A DNA stretch of 64,000 nt, taken from an uncultured Candidatus Saccharibacteria bacterium. GTDB taxonomy: Bacteria; Patescibacteriota; Minisyncoccia; Phycocordibacterales; UBA9973. The position numbers and the translations under genes are program-made. Shown here in pieces: positions 10,262 through 19,810 of the stretch (position 1 is the stretch's first letter; every line of letters begins with the position of its first letter). The stretch covers positions 197,532-261,531 of the forward strand of contig CAZGOI010000002.1 in the NCBI GenBank assembly GCA_964527185.1, in the 5' to 3' direction. A model generated the notes under the pieces. That model was not told the origin of the DNA. It did no database searches and saw nothing but the letters and a program-made list of their open reading frames with translations.

Positions 10262-10612
10262 TTAATCGGTTATTGTTAAGCGCTTCATCATTTGCGGGCG
10301 AAGCTTATTGCCAGGCAACATCCCATAGATAGCAAGTTCATATAGCTCTTTCCATCCTTTATTTTTTAAAATCTTGGCATTGGTGCGCAATTTCAAACCG
10401 CCTGGGTGGCCAGAATAGCGCTCATGAATAGTTTTTTCACGGCGAGCTTCGGTCATCTTTGTTTTCGAAGCGTTTACAACATTCACTCGAACATCTGCCA
10501 CGCGGTTGGCTACATAGTCGGCCGAGTTCTTGCCCATAAGAGCCTTGGCGGCAGCCGAAGCTACTCGCCCGAGCGTCTTTCCATCTGCATCGATTGTGTG
10601 TGTCTTTGTCAT
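10262..10612 (-). CDS. rplM: 50S ribosomal protein L13
   Basis: IDADGKTLGRVAS, YSGHPGGLK and GMLPGNKL motifs. Confidence 0.97.
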   Translation of the reverse strand: MTKTHTIDADGKTLGRVASAAAKALMGKNSADYVANRVADVRVNVVNASKTKMTEARREKTIHERYSGHPGGLKLRTNAKILKNKGWKELYELAIYGMLPGNKLRPQMMKRLTITD

Positions 10613-10616
10613 AAAT

Positions 10617-10970
10617 TTATACAAATTCTATTACTACCATCTTGCTCGCATCACCTGCGCGTCGTGGTAACTTTATAATACGGGTATAGCCACCTTTGCG
10701 GTCTTTATATTTTGGAGCAATTGTTTTAATAAGTTTCGATGACGGAGTTTTGAGGTTGTAGAGCTTGGCTGTCACTAAACGAGTCGATGAAAGCGTGCCG
10801 ACGTTTGCCTTGGTTATTAATTTTTCAATCGCTGGGCGAAGTTCTTTTGCCTTGGCTTCGGTCGTTTCTATTCTGCCGTGTGAAATGAGCGACAAGATCA
10901 ACCCCCTCAAGAGAGCGGTTCTGGCATTTTTCTTTCTTCCAAATTTTCTAACATTGCTGTGGTGTCGCAT
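10617..10970 (-). CDS. rplQ: 50S ribosomal protein L17
   Basis: MRH start, IETTEAKAKELR, GGYTRI. Confidence 0.98.
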   Translation of the reverse strand: MRHHSNVRKFGRKKNARTALLRGLILSLISHGRIETTEAKAKELRPAIEKLITKANVGTLSSTRLVTAKLYNLKTPSSKLIKTIAPKYKDRKGGYTRIIKLPRRAGDASKMVVIEFV

Positions 10971-10976
10971 AAAATA

Positions 10977-11951
10977 TTATTCCTTTAATGTTATACCAAA
11001 ATTACCAAGGACTTTTTTAATTTCCTGAATTCCTTTTTCGCCTATACCTTCGATCTCGAGCAGGTCTTCTTTTTTCTTGCGAGCGACGCCACCGATGGTG
11101 CGAATATTTGCGCCAGTTAGAGCGTTCAACGTGCGGGTCGAGAGGTCGAGGGTATCAATACGGGTTTTTAAAATGTCTGTGATCTCGCTGCTTGAGCTTA
11201 TAGATTCTTTTCTTTCTTCTTTTGGATCGTCAGCCATCTGCGCCATATTTACACGCGATGAAACAGTGAAGCCGACGATGGCTTGCAACTGTTCTACCAT
11301 AGTTGTGATAGCTTTTTCAAGAGCTTCGTGTGGAGAGAGTGTTCCATCTGTCTCAATCGTCATGCGGAGGCGATTGTGGTTGGTCTTGTCGCCGACACGC
11401 ATATTTTCGACTTCGTATGAAACGCGACGGATAGGAGTGAAGATAGCGTCAACGGCAATTTTACCAACTTCATTTTTTTCTTTTTGGTGTAAATCTTTTG
11501 GAACAAAGCCGAGGCCTTTCTCGACTATCATTTCAATAGAAAAATTATTTTTACCGGTCACTTCGGCGATGTGCAAATCTTTGTTTAGGACTTCGACTTG
11601 GCCACCAGCTTCGATATCGCCTGCTTTCACTTCTTTTGGGCCTTTGATCGAGAGTTTTACAATCTGCTGTTCGTCAGTCGACAAGCGGAACCTGACTTGT
11701 TTCAAATGAAGAAGAATCGTGATGACATCTTCTTTGACTCCGTCGAGGACAGAGAATTCATGATCGGCGCCGTCGATCTTGAGCGATGTGATGGCAGCCC
11801 CTGGGAGCGACGATAGTATGATGCGACGAAGCGAGTTACCGAGCGTATGACCGTAGCCTGGATAGAGCCCGTCGATCTCATAGACACCCTTGGTGTCGGT
11901 TTCAGAGACGATAGATAATTTTGATGGTAATAAAATATTTAGGTCAGACAT
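10977..11951 (-). CDS. rpoA: RNA polymerase alpha subunit
   Basis: GYGHTLGNSLRRIILSS, DAIFTPI, alpha-CTD LSTRTLNAL. Confidence 0.98.
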   Translation of the reverse strand: MSDLNILLPSKLSIVSETDTKGVYEIDGLYPGYGHTLGNSLRRIILSSLPGAAITSLKIDGADHEFSVLDGVKEDVITILLHLKQVRFRLSTDEQQIVKLSIKGPKEVKAGDIEAGGQVEVLNKDLHIAEVTGKNNFSIEMIVEKGLGFVPKDLHQKEKNEVGKIAVDAIFTPIRRVSYEVENMRVGDKTNHNRLRMTIETDGTLSPHEALEKAITTMVEQLQAIVGFTVSSRVNMAQMADDPKEERKESISSSSEITDILKTRIDTLDLSTRTLNALTGANIRTIGGVARKKKEDLLEIEGIGEKGIQEIKKVLGNFGITLKE

Positions 11952-12027
11952 ATTTATATATTTTGAGAGCGCCAAGCTCTCGTTATCTTATTAAAAAATA
12001 GAACCTCAAATTTACTAATAATAAAAA

Positions 12028-12636
12028 CTAACGACTATAGAATTCGAGCACGGTGTTAAGGTCAAGGAAACCTTCGACGTTCTTCGGCTTGCCTTCCACC
12101 TTACCTTCTAATTTATCGACATCAAATTTAAGCCAGTTCGGCAGGGTGTATTCCTTCAATTTTTTTGCCATATCTGCAAACAGCGGGCTTTTCTTACTAC
12201 CTTCTCGGACAGCAACAGTGTCGCCTACTTTTACTTGGGCCGAGGCAACTGTCGTTTTTTTACCATTCAAAGTGATGTGGCCATGCGAGACGAGCTGACG
12301 AGCAAGTCTGCGTGTGTGGGCAATGCCGAAGCGATAGACGATGTTGTCGAGTCTTGATTCAAGAATTTCATAAAGTTGTTCGGTCGCCAGGGTGCCTTTG
12401 TGCCCTGAAGCTTGCTTAACATAATTTGAAAATTGCCCTTCGCTTAGACCATACATAAGACGAACTTTTTGTTTTTCTATAAATTGCAAGCCGTATCCAG
12501 AGAGAATTTTTGGCCTCTTGTTTTTTGAATTCTTGGCGTGACGAGCCTCGGACATGACAAACTTGGCGTTTTGACATTTCTCAAATACACCTGGGCCTAG
12601 ACGTCTGCAAATTTTATATTTTTGGACTGTTTTCAT
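12028..12636 (-). CDS. rpsD: 30S ribosomal protein S4
   Basis: EKQKVR, LESRLDNIVYR, ARQLVSHGH, EFYSR. Confidence 0.98.
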   Translation of the reverse strand: MKTVQKYKICRRLGPGVFEKCQNAKFVMSEARHAKNSKNKRPKILSGYGLQFIEKQKVRLMYGLSEGQFSNYVKQASGHKGTLATEQLYEILESRLDNIVYRFGIAHTRRLARQLVSHGHITLNGKKTTVASAQVKVGDTVAVREGSKKSPLFADMAKKLKEYTLPNWLKFDVDKLEGKVEGKPKNVEGFLDLNTVLEFYSR

Positions 12637-12654
12637 AATTTTAATTTAAAAATT

Positions 12655-13095
12655 TTATACTCGGCGTGGTTTTTTAGGTTTTGGGCCGTTGTGCGGAACC
12701 GGGGTCATGTCGCGGATGCTCGAGATGTCGATATCATAGGCCATAAATGCTCTGATGGTCGGCTCACGGCCACTGCCAACGCCTTTAACTTTTACATCTA
12801 CATCTTTGATACCTAGTTCTTTTGCTTTCTCACCGATCACTTGGCCAGCTTTGGAAGCGGCAAATGGTGTGCCCTTCTTGGCGCCCTTGAAACCAAGAGC
12901 TCCGGCTGAAGTTGAAAATATTGCATTGCCTTCTTTGTCTGAAAGGACTACTTTGGTGTTATTGAATGTCGCTTCAACGTGAAGAGTCCCAGAAATTATC
13001 TTTTTCTTTGGAATCTTTACGCTAGGTTTTTGAGTTTCAGCCTGACCCTCTTCAGCCTTGGTTTCGTCTTTAGTTATGATTTTTACTTTTCCCAT
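12655..13095 (-). CDS. rpsK: 30S ribosomal protein S11
   Basis: ATFNNT, KKGTPFAA, TPVPHNG. Confidence 0.98.
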   Translation of the reverse strand: MGKVKIITKDETKAEEGQAETQKPSVKIPKKKIISGTLHVEATFNNTKVVLSDKEGNAIFSTSAGALGFKGAKKGTPFAASKAGQVIGEKAKELGIKDVDVKVKGVGSGREPTIRAFMAYDIDISSIRDMTPVPHNGPKPKKPRRV

Positions 13096-13104
13096 TTTTA
13101 AAAA

Positions 13105-13485
13105 TTATGTCTTACTCTCCTTTCGACGACCCGAAGCCATGGTCTTGCGAACGTTACCGCGAACTGTACGCGAATTTGTTTTGGTTCGCTGACCTCGAAC
13201 TGGCAATCTGCGCATGTGGCGCAGGCCGCGGTATGCTTTGATGTCTTTCAATCTTTTAATATTGGCAGCGACTTCACGCTTGAGAGTGCCTTCGATCGGC
13301 ATTGTTTCAATTATTTTTCTTATTGTGTTTTCTTGGTCGACTGTCAGTGTGTCGGCTTTGATCATTGGGTCGATTTTGGCTTGGCCTAGTATATATTTGG
13401 CGCGAGAAGTACCGATCCCGTAAATAGACGTGAGACCGATGTAGAGGTGTTTGTTGTTTGGAATAGTTATGCCGAGAATTCTCAT
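13105..13485 (-). CDS. rpsM: 30S ribosomal protein S13
   Basis: IYGIG; YRGLRH...LPVRGQRTKTNSRT. Confidence 0.98.
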   Translation of the reverse strand: MRILGITIPNNKHLYIGLTSIYGIGTSRAKYILGQAKIDPMIKADTLTVDQENTIRKIIETMPIEGTLKREVAANIKRLKDIKAYRGLRHMRRLPVRGQRTKTNSRTVRGNVRKTMASGRRKESKT

Positions 13486-13494
13486 TTCAAAAAA

Positions 13495-13605
13495 TTATTG
13501 CTTTTGCTTATGTTTAGGATTTGAACAAATAACTCTAAGGTGACCAGCGCGTTTGACCAGTTTGCATTTCGCACAGATTTTTTTAACGGCTGATTTTATC
13601 TTCAT
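13495..13605 (-). CDS. rpmJ: 50S ribosomal protein L36 (not in the ORF track)
   Basis: Manual translation [36 protein letters not shown]; Zn ribbon CxxC..C..H; lies between infA and rpsM. Confidence 0.96.
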   Translation of the reverse strand: MKIKSAVKKICAKCKLVKRAGHLRVICSNPKHKQKQ

Positions 13606-13708
13606 AGACTCCACATAACGCGAAAGAAAAATATCGGGTTCTTACCCTCTATTTTCCGTAAAACGTATGTCTCGATATACTACACTAGAGCCCAAAAAAA
13701 CGCAAGCC

Positions 13709-13924
13709 CTAGCCCCTTTTTATGATGCGGCCCTTGCCTCCATATGGGTCAAGCAGAACTTCTACTTTGTCCCCGACTAGAACTTTGATGCGATTCATGC
13801 GCATTTTGCCTGAAAGATATGAGATTATGACCTTGTCATCGCCGGTATCAACGCGAAATAGCGTGTTTGGCAAAGCTTCGATGACTGTACCAGTTACTGT
13901 ATTGATTTCTCCATTTTGGTTCAT
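13709..13924 (-). CDS. infA: Translation initiation factor IF-1
   Basis: EALPNTLFRV, SGKMRMNRIKVLVGDKV. Confidence 0.97.
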   Translation of the reverse strand: MNQNGEINTVTGTVIEALPNTLFRVDTGDDKVIISYLSGKMRMNRIKVLVGDKVEVLLDPYGGKGRIIKRG

Positions 13925-13980
13925 TAGCTGAGATACATTATAGCAGAAAACGGAGATTAAGAAAATTAAGGTAGTAAATT

Positions 13981-15330
13981 TTATTCAATATTGATTTTTA
14001 TTTTAGATGAATCACCAGGCAAGTAGATTTGCCACGGAGGGAATATTTTTGCCGAAGCGTAATCTATGCCTGGGTCTTGTTTGAAAATTCTACCGAGGTC
14101 GTATTTAGGGACTCCGACTAGGCTATTTTTTAATTTCTTTGTGTCTTGTTGCCAAATAAAACCAACATTGCCCGTTAAATCAAAAGGAAACGAAGTCACA
14201 TCTTTGGTGATAGATTGGTTAGCGCTGGCGAAACTGAATGCTAGACTTTCAAGTGCTGGAATTTGTATTTCATTTTCTTCGATTGGAGTTATGTTTGGTA
14301 ATAATTTGTGGACCAGAGCAGTCGACAGGTCGGTTTTCTTTATTATAAATAAAGAGATCGAGCCGTCGATTGGTACTTTGGCATCGGATGTTTTAGATAA
14401 AATATTGTCTGGAATTTTGTATGAGAATGTAAAAGCGCTCGGGTAGAATATATAGCCATCTGGAACTTCTGCATCTGCTTTTTTTAATAAATTGCTTTTG
14501 AAGACAGATTCAGCTTGGGCGTTTAGCATACCAATGTTCTCTGGGGTTGGCTTATAGACTGTGCCTTGGGCCCCACCAGAGAGCGGAGTTTTGAGCGTGC
14601 CATATATTTTACCAGCCTTGGCTGTGCCTTTGAATAAATTAATCGAAAAATTACTTGGTGAACCATTGTATGCATCGCCAGCTAAAAATGACGTTATGCC
14701 AATCGAAGTTTGACCAGGAATAATTTTACCATTTGAAGTCGTGTATCCAGGTATCGTGACGGCCTTGTCTAACTGGTAGGCTTTGCCTGATTGGTCAGAA
14801 ACAAAAGTGTGCCAGGCTAAATTTTGCGATTTTGTACTGTAAGAATTGAAAAGTGTTATCTCGCCGGTTGCTTTAGTCGAAACATCTACTGAATTAGTAA
14901 AAGTCGAATCTATTGTTTCTGTGTCTTCAACTATCATGAGTTCAGAATGTATCGGCGCCCCTGGCGATAAGCCAGCGGTAAAAGTTTCTTGATTAATTGG
15001 CATGTTTGTAGTTTTTTCCTTTATTGTAATTTTTGTAGTCTCATAGTAATTAGCAATAAAATAAATAGCGGCGAGTAACATCGCAATGATGAGTAACCAC
15101 ATAAAAGACCTTCGAACAGCAGTCTGGTCTTTTTTTATTTTTGGGACGCCGCCGAGTTTATGATCTTTGTCTCGCATGCTGACAGAATTTGTTTTCATTA
15201 GATCATCTCTGTTTTGTAAATTCACTCGAGTTGTTTTTTTGCCACTAGCGCGAGCAACGATATCACTGCGAGATATCTCGGTGATTTTAACGCCTTTTGA
15301 TTTTATATCCTCAAGAATTTTTTTTGGCAT
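13981..15330 (-). CDS. Single-TM membrane-anchored hypothetical protein with a large extracytoplasmic domain
   Basis: Basic N-terminus, one TM helix, beta-rich remainder; adjacent to the FtsA-like gene. Confidence 0.7.
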   Translation of the reverse strand: MPKKILEDIKSKGVKITEISRSDIVARASGKKTTRVNLQNRDDLMKTNSVSMRDKDHKLGGVPKIKKDQTAVRRSFMWLLIIAMLLAAIYFIANYYETTKITIKEKTTNMPINQETFTAGLSPGAPIHSELMIVEDTETIDSTFTNSVDVSTKATGEITLFNSYSTKSQNLAWHTFVSDQSGKAYQLDKAVTIPGYTTSNGKIIPGQTSIGITSFLAGDAYNGSPSNFSINLFKGTAKAGKIYGTLKTPLSGGAQGTVYKPTPENIGMLNAQAESVFKSNLLKKADAEVPDGYIFYPSAFTFSYKIPDNILSKTSDAKVPIDGSISLFIIKKTDLSTALVHKLLPNITPIEENEIQIPALESLAFSFASANQSITKDVTSFPFDLTGNVGFIWQQDTKKLKNSLVGVPKYDLGRIFKQDPGIDYASAKIFPPWQIYLPGDSSKIKINIE

Positions 15331-15338
15331 ACTTATTT

Positions 15339-16517
15339 TTAATTCCTTCGTCTAATACCTATTGCTTCGATCATCAAAAATGGATCACAGGTACCGTCTT
15401 TGACGCTACACATATTTAAAAATTCTGGACCCTCGAGGGTGACGGTCGTACATTTGTGTTCGGTTACTATCGATTTTATATATTCGTCGTTGCAAACAGC
15501 TTTGACAAACCAGTCGCGAATATCGAGGTCGGCGGTTACAAATATAGTGCCGGGCAGTGTCAGGGTGTGCGGCAATGTCCCGATGCAAGCTCTGAATGCT
15601 TCGCCCCAAGAATTTTCTATAGATTGGAATAGCGGTTCGACTTTTTTTAATTTTCGCTCGGCCAGTGCCCCGGTGCTGTAGAGGTTGAAGAGTTCGACGG
15701 CATCGCGGTACTCGATCTCGAGCTTGGTACACATGTATTTAAAGAAAGTATTTTTGCCGAATGGAAAAGATAGCGAGGCTTTGAGAATGCCCTTGGTTAT
15801 GATCGAGACATCGGTAACTTCGCCGCCAATATCAAGCAGAAGATATGAATCTGGTGTTACATATTTTTCACGAACAGCCAGATAAGAACAAAGCGTGAAT
15901 GAAGCAAATGAGATCGGCGTGTGGTGGTAGGAATCTGAAATAGTTTTTCGAATTTTGTCGAGACAAACTTTTGGCGAGAGCGAGATGGCCATGTGCATTT
16001 CGACCGAGCGGCTTTTCATGCCGAGAGGTTCATCTACTAGGTAGCCGTTGAGCGAGACCCCCATGATGTGGTGCTCGATAACTTCGGGTGAGCTTTTGGC
16101 GCTGCCATACTTTTTCTCATATTCCGCGTTGAGAGCTTTGATCTCGCTTTCGAGCATTTCATCGGCCAGTTTGCTAGTGAAAAAAAATGAATGCTCGTGA
16201 ACCATTTTTATAATACGAGTTTCAGACAGATACCAAGGTGAGGCCAGGACACAGACTATCTCATCTGGCGCGCCGACTTTAGAGTTGTATATCGCCTCGG
16301 ATGTTTCCTTTAGAGCTTTTATCATGTCATTTAGAAAGACAGAAAAATTGAGTTCGTCGTGAAAAGAGATATCGACCCTCGATGATTTTATTATAGTCGG
16401 AACACTTTTTTCACCCTGCGGCATGCGAACTATGGCCCCACCGACTGACCCCGAGCCAATATCAAAAACCGCTACAATTTTTTCTTTTTTACTTTTCCCA
16501 CCAAGACCAAATGACAT
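15339..16517 (-). CDS. Divergent actin-fold protein (FtsA/PilM-like paralogue)
   Basis: VFDIGSGSV and LLDIGGEVTDV phosphate-loop motifs. Confidence 0.75.
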   Translation of the reverse strand: MSFGLGGKSKKEKIVAVFDIGSGSVGGAIVRMPQGEKSVPTIIKSSRVDISFHDELNFSVFLNDMIKALKETSEAIYNSKVGAPDEIVCVLASPWYLSETRIIKMVHEHSFFFTSKLADEMLESEIKALNAEYEKKYGSAKSSPEVIEHHIMGVSLNGYLVDEPLGMKSRSVEMHMAISLSPKVCLDKIRKTISDSYHHTPISFASFTLCSYLAVREKYVTPDSYLLLDIGGEVTDVSIITKGILKASLSFPFGKNTFFKYMCTKLEIEYRDAVELFNLYSTGALAERKLKKVEPLFQSIENSWGEAFRACIGTLPHTLTLPGTIFVTADLDIRDWFVKAVCNDEYIKSIVTEHKCTTVTLEGPEFLNMCSVKDGTCDPFLMIEAIGIRRRN

Positions 16518-16559
16518 GAGTATATTATACTATAGAATATTGTTGTATTCTATTTTGAG

Positions 16560-18206
16560 CTATTCAAGTATTGCCTTGATTCGGCGAATACCTTGCGCGA
16601 CGGCCTCTTCTTTTGTGATTTTAAACGGACCATGATCCCTCGGCTTTGCTCGGGATGAAGAATCTAGCTCCGCAGTATTCTTCACATGTGGGCCACCACA
16701 GAATTCTTTTGATATTGCGTTACCATTTTTATCTTCTATAAAATAAACAGAAACAATTTCCGGGTATTTTGTGCCAAATTCCATTTCGGCTCCAATTTTT
16801 TCTGCCTCTGCTAGCGGCATTTCTCGGCGGGTAACATCGAGGCCGAGGGCAATTTTGTCATTGACCCAGTCTTCTACTTTTTTCTTTTCCTCATCGGTAA
16901 GTTTATGGTCGCAAAGAAAGTCTATTCGTAACCTTTCTTCGTTTATATTGCTCCCCCGCTGTTTTATATTTTTATCTACAACATTCTGAAGCGCGGCGAG
17001 CAACAAATGGTGCGCGGTGTGCAACCGAATTGTTTTTGGGTCATGGTTAGCAAGACCACCCTTGAACATACCAGCAGACGAAGTCTGTGAGAGTTTCTGG
17101 TGTTCTGTCATCTTTTTATCGAAGTTTTCTCGATCTATCTTTATTCCTTTTTCCTTTGCTAATTCCTCTGTTAACTCAACAGGAAAACCATAAGTTGTGG
17201 CAAGTATAAACGGGTCTGTGTCTTTTTCAAATTCTTTCATTCCCCTATCCAATGTCTCTCTAAATTTATTCTCTTCTTTTGCTATCTCACCATTGTCATC
17301 GAGTTTATAAACACCATTATATATAGACTTAATTCTATTGGCAGTTTCAACGAGTGGTACTTTTGAAAATCTAACTACTCGGCGAATCAAACGCCTCAAT
17401 ATATACCCAGCACCAGTATTTGAAGGAGTAACTCCATCTGAAATCATAAATAGTGATGCTTTTATATGGTCACTAACTATTCTCTCTTCTTTTGTTTTTT
17501 CTCCATTAAACAAATCTGTTTCATAGACATTATTTTTCTTTTGTACTTGCACAAGTAATCGCTCTAGTCCCATACCGGTATCGATTCCTTTGACTTCAAG
17601 CGGAGAATAACTACCATCTTTTGTTTTGTAGTATTCATTAAAAACTATATTCCATATTTCAACGTCGTTAATATATATCTCAGTTGTCGGGCCACATGGA
17701 CCTTCGTCACCTGTTGGACCCCAGAAATTATCTTCTTTCTTGTGTTCAACGATTTTTATATTTGGGTCGATGGTCTGCCAAATCTTGCGAGATTCTTTAT
17801 CTTCAGGAACTCCACTTTCATCGTCTTTAAATATAGAGACGTGGCTTATAGACAGCCCGAGTTCTTTTGTAATAAATTCATACGCGTACTGTATTGCTTC
17901 CTTTTTCCAATATCCGCCGAAAGAAAAGTTGCCCAGCATTTCAAAAAATGTCAGATGGGTATCATCGCCAACTTCATCGATGTCGCCAGTGCGGATACAT
18001 TTTTGCACTGTGACTACATTTTTAGTCTCAAAGTCAGTCATACTATCTTTTGCCCCAGTATAGTATGGCTTGAATTGTTGCATACCAGCAGTTGTAAAGA
18101 GCACAGACGTATCGCCCTCTGGAACAAGGGATGATGATGGTAATATTTTATGATTTTTTGATTCAAAAAATTTTAGGAATTTCTGTCTAACTTCTTCGCT
18201 TTGCAT
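16560..18206 (-). CDS. alaS: Alanine--tRNA ligase (short form, no C-Ala domain)
   Basis: FTTAGMQQFK, HLTFFEMLGNFS, IDTGMGLERL; editing motifs HTAHH and EFCGGPHV. Confidence 0.96.
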   Translation of the reverse strand: MQSEEVRQKFLKFFESKNHKILPSSSLVPEGDTSVLFTTAGMQQFKPYYTGAKDSMTDFETKNVVTVQKCIRTGDIDEVGDDTHLTFFEMLGNFSFGGYWKKEAIQYAYEFITKELGLSISHVSIFKDDESGVPEDKESRKIWQTIDPNIKIVEHKKEDNFWGPTGDEGPCGPTTEIYINDVEIWNIVFNEYYKTKDGSYSPLEVKGIDTGMGLERLLVQVQKKNNVYETDLFNGEKTKEERIVSDHIKASLFMISDGVTPSNTGAGYILRRLIRRVVRFSKVPLVETANRIKSIYNGVYKLDDNGEIAKEENKFRETLDRGMKEFEKDTDPFILATTYGFPVELTEELAKEKGIKIDRENFDKKMTEHQKLSQTSSAGMFKGGLANHDPKTIRLHTAHHLLLAALQNVVDKNIKQRGSNINEERLRIDFLCDHKLTDEEKKKVEDWVNDKIALGLDVTRREMPLAEAEKIGAEMEFGTKYPEIVSVYFIEDKNGNAISKEFCGGPHVKNTAELDSSSRAKPRDHGPFKITKEEAVAQGIRRIKAILE

Positions 18207-18215
18207 ACATTTATT

Positions 18216-18704
18216 TTAATTTTGATTCATCTCTTCATTATTTGAATTTTTGAAGAGTTTGCTTCGTCTCAACGCTTCTTCGGCAAACCAAAGTATGGTG
18301 AAAACAAAAATTGTAAGGATGCTCGCAATGAATGCAAGCTTGAATAACCCGAAACCGGAAGCCATGCCGATACCAGCGCAGACCCAAAGGCCAGTGGCAG
18401 TTGTTAAGCCAAAAAGTTTTGAATCTTTGGAAAATATTAGACCGGTACCGATGAACCCAACGCCGAGGACGATCTGCGAGACAATCATGATGGGGTTTAA
18501 CCCTGGGAAATTTGAATAAGTCGAGACCATGAAGCTTGAAATGATAACAAACAAAGCCGAGCCCATAGAAACTAGGGCATATGTGCGCATCCCGGCAGTT
18601 TTGTGTGCCCAGACGCGTTCGGTACCGATGAGCATACCCAAAATAAGCGCAATCCCTAGGCGAGTTACAATTTCTAAAGTTACTGGGTCAAATATATTTT
18701 GCAT
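18216..18704 (-). CDS. MgtC/SapB family membrane protein
   Basis: IGTER...AGMRT, GVGFIGTG and GLTTATGLW motifs. Confidence 0.9.
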   Translation of the reverse strand: MQNIFDPVTLEIVTRLGIALILGMLIGTERVWAHKTAGMRTYALVSMGSALFVIISSFMVSTYSNFPGLNPIMIVSQIVLGVGFIGTGLIFSKDSKLFGLTTATGLWVCAGIGMASGFGLFKLAFIASILTIFVFTILWFAEEALRRSKLFKNSNNEEMNQN

Positions 18705-18727
18705 CGTGTCTGTATTATAGCAAACAT

Positions 18728-19810
18728 CTAGACGACTACGCCACCACCTATGCACACCTCTTTGTCATACAAGACGATAGATTGGCCGGGTGAGATTAGC
18801 GTTGGTTTTTTAAATACGATGCTTGCCTGACCTCTGCCTGCTTGTTTTATCGTGCAGGGTAAATTTTCACCGTGGTAACGAATATTTGCCATGTAGTTTT
18901 TATTTTCCTTCGGTAATCCCGATATCCAATTTGTATTTTTGATTGCGTAGCAAGAAAATGACGTTTTTGAATTTTTTGGTAACCCAACTTCTTGCGAAAC
19001 TATTATCGTATTCTTCTTAATATCTTTGGCGACGACATAGAACGGCCCATCCTTTTCTTTATTATTTATAATTGTAAAACCATGGCGCTCGCCAATTGTA
19101 AAAAATGTCGCGCCATCGTGGCGACCTATAACCTTGCCGAGAGTGTCTAACACATTCCCTTTTTTCGGTTTTATATAGTGCGAAAGAAAATCTTTCATAT
19201 CGAGCGGACCAAGGAAGCAGACCCCTTGGCTGTCTTTTTTTTCGGCTGTTGGCAAATTAAATTTTTTAGCAATTTTTCTAACTTGTATCTTTTTTAAATG
19301 ACCAATCGGAAAAAGCGTGTGCGATAGATCGTCTTGAGTTAGTGTCCAAAGAAAATATGATTGGTCTTTAGTTTTGTCATAGCTTCGTTTCATTAAAAAT
19401 AGCTTCTCTTTTAGGTCCTCTATAGCATAGTGACCAGTCGCTATATAGTCTGCGCCAAAAGATTTAGCAAACTTCCAAAAAACTCCAAATTTTATCTCGC
19501 GATTACACATCACATCTGGGTTTGGGGTATTGCCCTTCTTGTATTCCTTGATCATATACTTTGCAACACCATTTTTATATTCTTTCTCGGCGTTACATTC
19601 AAGAAATGGAATGTCGAGATGGGCGCAAACCCTCATAGCATCTCGGCGTTCATCGCGCCAGGTGCATTCTATAAAATCTGGTTGCCAGGTGCGAATAAAA
19701 ACACCGACGACATTGTAACCTTGGTTTTTCAATAACAGTGCCGAAACGGACGAATCGACCCCGCCTGAAATACCGACAAATACAGTTTTGTTTTTTAGTT
19801 TTTTTGCCAC
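18728..19810 (-). CDS. mnmA: tRNA-specific 2-thiouridylase MnmA
   Basis: SGGVDSS, TPNPDVMCNREIKF, ATGHY, KDQSYFL, DSQGVCF; probable GTG start at 19810. Confidence 0.96.
   Translation of the reverse strand: MAKKLKNKTVFVGISGGVDSSVSALLLKNQGYNVVGVFIRTWQPDFIECTWRDERRDAMRVCAHLDIPFLECNAEKEYKNGVAKYMIKEYKKGNTPNPDVMCNREIKFGVFWKFAKSFGADYIATGHYAIEDLKEKLFLMKRSYDKTKDQSYFLWTLTQDDLSHTLFPIGHLKKIQVRKIAKKFNLPTAEKKDSQGVCFLGPLDMKDFLSHYIKPKKGNVLDTLGKVIGRHDGATFFTIGERHGFTIINNKEKDGPFYVVAKDIKKNTIIVSQEVGLPKNSKTSFSCYAIKNTNWISGLPKENKNYMANIRYHGENLPCTIKQAGRGQASIVFKKPTLISPGQSIVLYDKEVCIGGGVVV

Noticed and set aside
18821-18991. Possible decayed palindromic insertions in mnmA (QAGRGQA and EVGLP segments)
   Set aside because: Too degenerate to separate from ordinary loop variation without an alignment.
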